A stretch of 64,000 bases of DNA, filler included, from Pirum gemmata (lineage: Eukaryota): NCBI GenBank assembly GCA_002812295.1. It is 29 parts of 29 records of this genome, joined end to end, with 100 filler letters (N's around TTAATTAATTAA, not from the genome) between each part and the next. Parts side by side here need not be neighbours in the genome. Positions count along the whole stretch, not along the records: positions 51,018 to 53,781 come from PDIN01009441.1; positions 53,882 to 55,886 come from PDIN01009442.1; positions 55,987 to 57,967 come from PDIN01009443.1; positions 58,068 to 60,008 come from PDIN01009444.1; positions 60,109 to 62,084 come from PDIN01009445.1; positions 62,185 to 64,000 come from PDIN01009606.1; 23 more parts are not named here. One strand, written 5' to 3'. Position numbers and translations under genes: made by a program. How positions within the stretch are numbered: the first letter of the stretch is position 1; every line of letters begins with the position of its first letter. Under the pieces are notes generated by a model that was not told where the DNA came from, did not search any database, and saw only the letters and a list, made by a program, of their open reading frames with translations. Shown here in pieces: positions 53,681 through 64,000 of this stretch.

Positions 53681-54579
53681 CTATTAAGATTGAATATATA
53701 ATTAGGGGTTGGGTAAGGGTTAAAATTAGGGTTAAGGTTAAGGTTAAGGTTAAGGTTAAGGTTAAGGTTAGGGTTAAGGTTNNNNNNNNNNNNNNNNNNN
53801 NNNNNNNNNNNNNNNNNNNNNNNNNTTAATTAATTAANNNNNNNNNNNNNNNNNNNNNNNNNNNNNNNNNNNNNNNNNNNNTATTAATATTAATAATATT
53901 AATATTAATATTAATAATATTAATATTAATATTAATAATATTAATATTAATGTTAATAATATTAATATTATTAGTATACGTAATCAGTAATGCTATAGCA
54001 ATAGTAATAGTAATAGTAATAGTAATATTAATATTACAGTAATAGTTAATTTAACATTAAAGCTGAAGCTAATTAATAACCTTCACTCTTCGTAGTGATA
54101 GTAATATTATAATATTAGTAATAAAACAATATATTATATAGTAATTCTATAGTAATAGTTAAGTTAACATTAATTAACCTTAACAATATAGCATAAGTTG
54201 GTAGTAGAGGAGTCTAATAGTAGCGCTAAAGCTAACCTTTAGTTAGTCTACAGTAGTAAGCTAAGGTAACCTGACTTTAGTTTAACTCGAGCTCTGTATT
54301 TTCTACAATATTAGTAGATAAACTAAGCTAACCTGAACAAGTTTCACCTCGAGAATTCTTATTTGTCTTATTTGTCTAACAAACTAATAATCATATATTA
54401 ATAATATAACTTTCAAATAAGTTACAATATTTTTCTCCATATTCCTCTCTTTCGATTCGCTTTTGTCAATTTTTATTTTTAATAGGCTTAAATAGGAAAA
54501 AAAAAATAGCTCGATTTTTTTCGAGTCTATTTTAACAATATTATATCTGATACATATCGGTACCTACAGTACAGTAGCT

Positions 54580-54717
54580 GGCGTTCAAAAAACTACGTAA
54601 CGCCAATTAAAATACAGCTTCAAATGCCCCCAACTATCTACCCCTAAACGTTAATTTCCGGTCAAATACCACCTACCTATCTACCCTTGACGTGACGTAC
54701 TACTTGAACGCTCCCTT
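54580..54717 (-). mobile_element. MITE family D copy
   Basis: GCGTTCAAAAAACTACGTAACG ... CGTGACGTACTACTTGAACGCTCCC. Confidence 0.75.
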
Positions 54718-54771
54718 TAAAAGTAGAGAGAGAGCTGTCTACTAAGCCTAGCTAGCTAGCTACTGTACTGC

Positions 54772-54932
54772 TATTGTGCTTTTCCTTTTCATTTATTTTG
54801 TCACTCTGAATATTTATTTGGTAGGTTATAATATTTAATTTGATATTTTTAAATTACTAATTAGATTATAAAATATACCAGATTAAATAAAATGGACTTA
54901 TTTAGTATTAATTTGGACTGAAAAGCACGATA
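54772..54932 (-). mobile_element. MITE family A copy
   Basis: TATTGTGCTTTTC ... CTGAAAAGCACGATA. Confidence 0.75.
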
Positions 54933-55708
54933 CTAGACTACTAACTAGCTAGACTACTTTTCTAAAAAATACAATATCGTTTTTTTTCAAATGATATCTT
55001 ATAATTTTTTTGTACTATATATAGTAATATAATTCCAGGGAAAATTACGTCATTATTTTTTTTTTTTTGTCAATACTCTCATATTAATTTTGGATCCAAC
55101 TCACCCTCTCAAAATTTGGGATGATGGTTAAAATTTTTATTGTATTATATTATCTGTTACACCTGCTACAAAGTAAACTACCCGTAAGACTCGAAAATTG
55201 AATGCGGATCATTGTTACTACTTTATAAATTAATATATAAGTTTGAAAATTATTTTTTAAAAATAGTCGAGACACTCTATCTAGTAGGGGGGGTATAATT
55301 AATGTGTAAATAAAAAATAGCGCAAAAAAACTGAGGTACATGAAGCTCGATTTGAATTTATATCACGTTTGAAGCCTTTTTTTACTAAAATTAAAGGTAC
55401 GAAATAACTTTTTTATTGATTTTATCTATTTTTCGAATCATAATAAAATTTCGTGCGAATGTCCGTTTTTTCGGAGTTTTGTGTGATTTTCCAAAATGTG
55501 ATTTGAAAGATTTGAACTGTGATTTGGTGTTCTCATTTGATTGCTCTGGCTTTTAATATGATACATATTATAATAAAATTCTGCTTATGATCAGTGCTTA
55601 TAGTGTGCTTTTGATAATCGATATCACATAAACATTTATAATAAATATCTTTTTGATATATATAATTATTGTTATTGTTATTTTTTTTATTGTTGTCTTT
55701 ATTGTCTC

Positions 55709-55766
<58 letters not shown>

Positions 55767-56484
55767 GTTATTGGTATTGTTATTGGTATTGTTAGTATTA
55801 GTATTATTGTTCTAGAATATAAAGGTTATTGTTACTTTTTTGATTATAGTTATATATAACCGTTATCTATATTTATTTATACTCATNNNNNNNNNNNNNN
55901 NNNNNNNNNNNNNNNNNNNNNNNNNNNNNNTTAATTAATTAANNNNNNNNNNNNNNNNNNNNNNNNNNNNNNNNNNNNNNNNNNNNACTATCGTTTCTTT
56001 AAGGTTACGATATCGACTTCACTTTTGTATTGGAGCGACAAATACAAAATCTTTTTATTAGTTTAGTTTATTAGATATTTGGCCGTAATAAAAATGTTTA
56101 TTTCGTTTTATATCACAATTTAATATTTATTAATTTTCTGTTTAATAATTTTATAATTTAATATTTAATAATTTTATAATTTAATATTTAATAATTTAAT
56201 ATTTAATAATTCAATATTTAAAAATTACACTGTATTCTTTTCCAATTAACACCCATTCATAACCCTGAACTTAACTCTAACCCCTAACCTTAACCCTAAC
56301 CCTAACCCTAACCCACAACCATTACTCTAACTAACTCTAATGCTAATGCTAATGCTAATGCTAATGCTAATGCTAACGCTACGCTAACTCTAACCCCAAC
56401 CTTANNNNNNNNNNNNNNNNNNNNNNNNNNNNNNNNNNNNNNNNNNNNNNNNNNNNNNNNNNNNNNNNNCCCCCACACACACAT

Positions 56485-57320
56485 GCCCACATCTCAGTTG
56501 GATTACCAACAGCCTACTGTAAGTAAAATTTTCAAGAAAAATTCGAAATAAAATGTTTATTATGTTTCATTTAATGATTTAATATAGAAAAATTGTGTAG
56601 AATCGTTTTCCTATTCAATCCAATAACAACCAAGAAATTTCAGTATAAGTGTTCCCCTCCTACACATCTCTCAATTAAATCGAGAGCTTGTAAGTAAAAC
56701 TTTCAAGAGTTATTCGAAATAAAAATGTTTATATCTGTCTCATTTAATAATTTAACATTTTAAATCGTGGGTCCAATTCTACTATAGTTCTTCCACGCAT
56801 CTCAATTAAATCAACGACTGCGTCTTGTGGTGTGGAAGTAAAAATTTTCAAGAGCAATTCGGAATAAAGTGTTTATTTGTTTCCTTAAATGTAATATTAA
56901 AAAATTGAGTGAAATATTTTTCCAAATTTTTTTTTTAAAGTCCATCCAAAAGCTTTCCATATCACCCCTGCATATCGGTAATTTTCAAGAGCAATTCAGA
57001 TGGAAATGTTTTATTATATTTCATTTACTAATTTAATATTGAAAAATTGCGTGAAATAGGTCTCCATTTTTATCTAAGCTGTCCATAAAGTACAGTCCTT
57101 CTACACATTTCAATAATTTTCAAGTGTAATTCAGATGGAAATGTTTTATTCTGTTTCATTTACCAATTCAATATTGAAAAATTGCGTGGCATGGTTTCCC
57201 AATTTTTTTACGCCCATCCAAGCCGTCCAACTCGACAACAGCAAGGCATTCCAGTACATTTCCTCCACACATCTCGATTAAATCAACGGCGGCCTTGTGA
57301 ATAAATTTTTTATGAACAAT
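56485..57320 (+). repeat. Old diverged tandem repeat, ~130-190 bp unit, 5-6 copies
   Basis: Recurring CACATCTC...AATTTTCAAGAG.AATTC.AATAAAATGTTTAT...TTTCATTTA...GAAAAATTG.GTG. Confidence 0.75.
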
Positions 57321-58366
57321 AATAAGAGAAAGTTATTTTAGTAATAAAGAAAGTTTTTGGTTAGAATTAAGAAATTAAATTATCACTGTATGTTGTTATT
57401 ATTGTAAAGGTTTGAAGTGGGGGATAGGTGGGGGTTTTTTTTACAGGGGTCGTAAAGATAATATGGACATGGTTTAATAGGGTTATGGGGTTTGCAATAA
57501 GCATGTTTTTATCTAGATAAAGAAAATAAAATAATTCAAATATCACCTTTAAACCTAAATAATATATAATATATAGTGTTGAGAAGTTGGTTGGTCTTTT
57601 ATCTTTATGATAATATATATATATATAGTTATATATAGTAAAGTGATCATATAATTCTGATTCCGTCTTCCCCCTCTCCTGGTCACAGTTTTATTAACTT
57701 ACTGTGTATCGATGTACATGACGTAATGTCTATATATGAACTTTTTGGTATTTCGGTATATATAACCAATATCAAACTAATATTAAATTTATAATGATCA
57801 AAATAACCAGTAACTAAATTCAAATTCAAATATTACTTTTAATATTTTTTCAAAATAATACATATAATGCGTGAAACCCCAACATAAGTGAGAAGTAGTT
57901 TAACAACAATAGCACCAATTACATATACATAATAACAATATTCTATAAATAATAATAATAATAATAANNNNNNNNNNNNNNNNNNNNNNNNNNNNNNNNN
58001 NNNNNNNNNNNTTAATTAATTAANNNNNNNNNNNNNNNNNNNNNNNNNNNNNNNNNNNNNNNNNNNNAATATACAATATACAATATACAATATACAATGT
58101 ACAATGTACAATGTACAATGTACAATATACAATATACAATATGCGATGTGCAATGTACAGTTTGCGGTATACAATATACAATATACAATATACAATATAC
58201 AATATACAATATACAATATAAAATATAAAATATACAATATACAATATACAATATACAGTGTACAATATACAGTGTACAATATACAATATACAATATACAA
58301 TATACAATACACAATATACAATATACAATATACAATATACAATATACAATATAAGAAAAAAATTAC

Positions 58367-59691
58367 CTTGAACATCTTTAGTCCATACCAAATCTGCGAG
58401 GCCTAACTCAGATAGTAATTGTGATATCATTTCTACAACATCTACTATTATACCATCATCCGTTGGACACGTCAAAAATTCGTGCTGTTGGTTTTCAATA
58501 TGTACGTTTCCTGTATTCTTATCCCCAGCCCTAGAAAATGACACAAAACAAAAACAAAATACCCATCAATATAATGCTCATACCGATAACAGTAACAAAA
58601 AATGATGTTAATAGAACTATTGATTATATTATTGAAATCAAAATTATAAGTTCGAAAACAAAAAAATAAGAAATGGGAAAATGTAGAAGTATAGTTTTTT
58701 TCAAATATTAGGGTTAGCATTAGCGATAGCATTAGGGATGGCAATAGGGTTCACATTAGGGTTAGCATTAGGATCAGGGTAGGGTTAAGGGTGGGGTTAA
58801 GGGTGGGGTTAAGGGTGGGGTAATGGGTTAGGGTTAGGGTTAGCATTAACAAACATTACATCTGTGGTACTGTCAATTTCCCTCCGCTATCATCAAAAAA
58901 CTTTACCCCTTTTTCACTTTTTCCAATTTTTTCGGAGTCCAACTTCCTCATCTGTATCGAATGTTCATCATCTACTTGCATATTTGAGTGTTTATTAATA
59001 TCGCTGGTTAGAGGACCACCAGAGTCCGAAGACAAGACACTGTGCAACACAGAAAATATGATGTTTTATATAAGAGAAGTTTAGTACAATGTAAGAGAAA
59101 AAAAGACAAAACCGGTATATCGTTTGGGTGACAAAATAAGACTGAAAACGTTGTTCGATGGAATTGGCAATATATACAGAATTGAGTACCAAAGTCAGAA
59201 TTTCAAGCGTTGAGAATCTGTTAACAAAAAAACACACACACACACTAATTCTTTCCCTCCACACTTACCTATGCTCACTTGATGCTTTGCTCAAACTTAT
59301 TGTATTGATACCATTGGCAAGACCAATTTCACTGGGACTAGGGCTCATATGACGTCCATTTTCACCGCCTCCTGATTTTAAAAAATCAGTGTTATCTTTA
59401 TCATCCAGCATAAAACTATGTCGATTATCTTTCGCTGCAGTGTAATATTCAATTTTTAAAAAGTGTATTAGTTTAACGAGTATAAGTGATAAAACGATCT
59501 AAGCTATAGACAAACTTACACTGAAAAAACAAACTATTTGTAAAAATCATTGTTTTGTGGTATATACCTGTTTCTCCCTTGTTCATCCTTGGTTTCATTA
59601 CGCTCATTTGAACGGTTTTTACAGCACTCATACCAACGCCTAGGTCTCCAACAGTACTTGATTTTCGGTATTTATTCAATTTCTCCTGTAT
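58367..59691 (-). CDS. Four-exon fragment of an unknown protein
   Basis: Exons 59691-59568, 59434-59269, 59039-58860 and 58530-58367 have GT-AG ends and mutually consistent phases with no stops. Confidence 0.75.
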
Positions 59692-60108
59692 CTGTAAATG
59701 TTAAGTAGAAGTTCAGTTAAAATAATATAGCAATGAAGAAAACAAATAAAGCAACCCGTTGTGTATTTGGCGCTGTTGTTATTATTGGAAAATCATTGAG
59801 GTTTCAATCATGAGCGCTGTCACTTAGCTTTTAAGTGCCCATACAATATTAGCATTACTATTTCCAGTTGTATAATTCTGCGTTTAAAATTAACTATAGA
59901 ATACGGCCACACTACTATTGTTAGTATTGCTGCTGCTGTTGTTGTTGTTATAGATGTTGTTGTTGTTGTTGTTGTTGTTGTTTTTGTTGTTGTTGTTGTT
60001 GTTGTTGTNNNNNNNNNNNNNNNNNNNNNNNNNNNNNNNNNNNNNNNNNNNNTTAATTAATTAANNNNNNNNNNNNNNNNNNNNNNNNNNNNNNNNNNNN
60101 NNNNNNNN

Positions 60109-61655
60109 TGATTATGATTATGATTATGATTATGATTATGATTATGATTATGATTATGATTATGATTATGATTATAATTATGATTATTATTATTATTATT
60201 ATTATTGTTATTATTATTATTATTATTGTTGTTGTTGTTGGTGTTGTTGTTATTGTTATTATTATTGTTGCTGTTGTTGGTATTGTTAATATTGTTATTG
60301 TTTTTGTTATAAATATTATTGTTGTTTTTATTATTAATATTATTATTGTTATTATTATTATTATTGTTGTTATTAGAATTTATTTTATTTACTAAGGTTT
60401 TTAGTTTATTGCTCTGGAGAAAAAAGGCATTGTAGCAATTATTATAAATTAAAATGAACAAGATGAACAACTTAACTACAACCAACATTTTATTGTATTT
60501 TTTATGCTATAAGTAATATTTTTGTTGTTGTTGTTGGTGTTGCTGTTGCTGTTGTTGTTGTTGGTGTTGGTGTTGCTGTTGTTGTTGTTGGTGTTGCTGT
60601 TGTTGTTGTTGTTAAGATTGTAATTATGAGTATGAGTTATGAGTATGAGTATGAGTTATGAGTATGAGTATGAGTATGAGTATGAGTATGAGTATCAGTA
60701 TGAGTATAATTATAATTACAATTATGATTATGTTTATGTTTACGTTTATGTTTATGTTTATGTTTATGTTTATGTTTATGATAATGTTTATGTTTATGAA
60801 TATGTTTATGATTATGTTTATGTTTATGTTTATGTTTATGATTAAGATTATGATTATGATTATGATTATGATTATGATTATGATTATGATTATGATTATG
60901 ATTATGATTGTGATTGTGATTATGATTATGATTATGATTATGATTATNNNNNNNNNNNNNNNNNNNNNNNNNNNNNNNNNNNNNNNNNNNNNNNNNTTTT
61001 ATTATGATTATTATTATAATTATAATTATGATTATGATTATGATTATGATTATGATTATGATTATGATTATGATTATGATTATGATTATGATTATGATTA
61101 TGATTATGATTGTGAACTATTATGATTATGATTATGATTATGATTATGATTATGATTATGATAATGATAATGATAATGATTATGGTAATGATTATGATTA
61201 TGATTATGATTATGCGCTTATGCTTATGCTTATGTTTATGCTTCTGATTATGATTATGATTATGATTATGATTATGATTATGATTATTATTATGATTATG
61301 ATTATGATTATTATGGTTATGATTATGATTATGATTATGATTATGATTATGATTATTATTATAATAATGATTATGATTATGATTATGATTATGATTATGA
61401 TTATGATTATGATTATGGTTATTATTATGATTATGATTATGATTATGATTATGATTATGATAACCTGAACTCTAATTATTATATTAAAACATATATTATC
61501 ATGTACTTTATATATGTAAGTGTCAGATCTACCAGATAATTATAAATTGTGGGTGNATAATGATTATGATTATGATTATGATTATGATTATGATTATGAT
61601 TATGATTATGGTTATTATTATGATTATGATTATGATTATGATTATGATTATGATA
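60109..61655 (+). repeat. (TTATGA)n and related hexamer microsatellites
   Basis: Direct reading. Confidence 0.9.
60393..60488 (-). CDS. Possible first exon with a signal peptide/anchor
   Basis: MLVVVKLFILFILIYNNCYNAFFLQSNKLKTL followed by a GTAAAT donor. Confidence 0.35.
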
Positions 61656-64000
61656 ACCTGAACTCTAATTATTATATTAAAACATATATTATCATGTACT
61701 TTATATATGTAAGTGTCAGATCTACCAGATAATTATAAATTGTGGGTGATAGTATTAATACTAGTATAAAATATTTACGTATTATACTAGTGAGGATGAC
61801 AGTGAGGATTAACGTTAGGGTGAGGTAAGGGTAAGGGTAAGAGTGATGAGAGTGATCCTGAGGACTAAACATTAGGACTACCAGGCCTAGGGTTAGGATT
61901 AGCTATAGGGTTATAATTAGGTTTAGGTTTAGGGTTAGGTTTAGGTTTAGGGTAAGTGTTAGTTATAAGGTTAGGATTAGGGTAAGGGTAAGAGTTAGAG
62001 TGGGTATTAAAGGGTAATTATAAGGGTAAGGGTTAGGGTTAGGGTAAGGGTAAAGGTTGGGGTAAGCTTACAATTAATTATATTNNNNNNNNNNNNNNNN
62101 NNNNNNNNNNNNNNNNNNNNNNNNNNNNTTAATTAATTAANNNNNNNNNNNNNNNNNNNNNNNNNNNNNNNNNNNNNNNNNNNNGATTATAACCCTCCAA
62201 ATAAATATTCAGAGTGACATAAATGATAAGCGTGATAATAATAATTATATATTGTGTTCTATACTGTTTTTCAATAGTGTTACTCACTTCAAAAACTGAA
62301 ATAAATATACCAAATAAAAATTATCAGGCATGTTTTAATTAATTTGGTATTTTTTACTTAGTTTTGTATTTTATAAACAAGTTCAATTATACACTTAAAC
62401 AGTACCAAATTAAAGATTGAGAGGAGAACTGTAATAAATTTAAAAGAGATGATAAAGTATACATAATTATATTAATAATAGTATATTATAATAATAATAA
62501 TAATAATAATCAAAATGATAATAATTGTTGAAGTNTTAGTTTTGTATTTTATAAACAAGTTCAATTATACACTTAAACAGTACCAAATTAAAGATTGAGA
62601 GGAGAACTGTAATAAATTTAAAAGAGATGATAAAGTATACATAATTATATTAATAATAGTATATTATAATAATAATAATAATAATAATCAAAATGATAAT
62701 AATTGTTGAAGTTTATTGATGTTTGGTAAATTTGACTATTATTTGTTATCGTAGTCATAACAATAACAATAACAATAACAATAACAATAATAATAATAAT
62801 AACAATAATAATAGCAATAGCAATAGCAATAACAATAACAATAACAATAACAATAACAATAACAATAACAATAACAATAACAATAACAATAACAATAACA
62901 ATAACAATAGCAATATTAATAACAATTAATAACAACAATAAAAATAACAACAATAATTATCATATCCGTTTTATTCATTATCTATTCAAAACAATCAAAC
63001 CCATATCGTTATCATATTAACCACTTATTGCGCTGTCCTGTTAGTTCTGAGCGTACTAGTTGTTGAACCACCAGTGAAACAAACAAGCAATATATGCTTT
63101 TATTTAATCAAAAACAGTGCATGTATTAATACTAGTGTATGAGCAATCATGGAAAATAACAAAATGAAGAAAAAACATCTTATATTTTTATATTTTTTAA
63201 ATAAACAACATTCAACCTCAACACGTTATCAGCACTATAACTAATTAACTAAAGAGGTATATTGTATTATATTAATTGTATTGTATATGTATTATATTGT
63301 ATTAACCCTAACCCTAACCCTAACCCTAACCCTAACCCCAATCATACTGGTTAAATTCTTTTTAACAAATTTCATTAATAATAATGATAATAATAATTAT
63401 TAATATTAATAAGTATAAACCAGACAAAACAAATAACAACCAATTATTATTGTTTTAGTAATAAAATTGTTATGTTTTATAATAAACTTTTCAAATATTT
63501 ATTAACAAATTAAAATTTCATTAATAATAATAACAATGATAATGATAATCAACGATAAACCAGACAAAACAAACAACAATCATTATTATTTCAGTAATAA
63601 AAAGTTTTTATTAATAATTAAATATATATTAAAATATTATTATAATATTATCATATATTTTAATTAACTTAATTAATAATTATAATAATAATAATAATAA
63701 TGATAAAAATAATATAAGTATAAACCAGACAAAACAAATAACAATAATAATAATAATATTAATAATTAAGTATAAACCAGACAAAACTAACAACACTGGT
63801 CTTACGTTAAAAAAAAATTAAAAGTTTAGATATTAACAAATTAATTTCATTAATAATGATAATGATAATAATAATTAAGTATAAACCAAACATAACAAAC
63901 AACAACAAAATTTAATTATTATTACAAATTAACTAAAGTTCGTGCGTCGAAATTATTATTATTTTTTTTTTTTTTTAATTTTTTTTTTTTTTTTTTTTTT

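Noticed and set aside
56485..57320. CRISPR-like array
   Set aside because: The units are long, diverged along their whole length and lack unique spacers. The context is eukaryotic with no cas genes.
58012..58406. YCILYIV-repeat ORFs
   Set aside because: They come from an (AATATAC)n heptamer microsatellite in an intron.
61440..61750. Exact direct repeat of ~100 bp
   Set aside because: The copies meet at a single N (61556), typical of unmerged overlapping contig ends.
62357..62715. Exact ~180-bp tandem duplication including a MITE B part
   Set aside because: The copies are joined at a single N (62535), so this is likely an assembly overlap artefact.

Overview
This is AT-rich, intron-bearing eukaryotic DNA and it is not one contiguous locus. 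It is about 29 small (mostly ~2 kb) contigs or mini-scaffolds joined by an artificial N-TTAATTAATTAA-N linker with stops in all six frames, so neighbourhood arguments hold only inside one piece. Host gene fragments with GT-AG introns include a phosphonopyruvate decarboxylase lying tail-to-tail with a PhyH-family 2OG-Fe(II) dioxygenase, riboflavin synthase, glutaminase, an Obg GTPase, an SLC35F6-like transporter, a TBC Rab-GAP, a GATA factor, an SH3 protein, a CxxC-repeat protein, a single-pass surface protein with an integrin-beta-like NPxF/NxxY tail, and tRNA-Glu(TTC). Mobile or foreign DNA includes two intronless fragments resembling large-DNA-virus genes (PolB N-terminus, Lon-type AAA), a decayed Crypton-like tyrosine recombinase, an internally deleted piggyBac-like transposase, a frameshifted SWIM gene and at least four MITE families. 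Introns and spacers are filled with TTAGGG and related TTA-NNN hexamer repeats. All family assignments come from motif recognition by eye, and no searches were run. The organism is unidentified; a unicellular opisthokont/holozoan or an amoeboid protist is only a guess.
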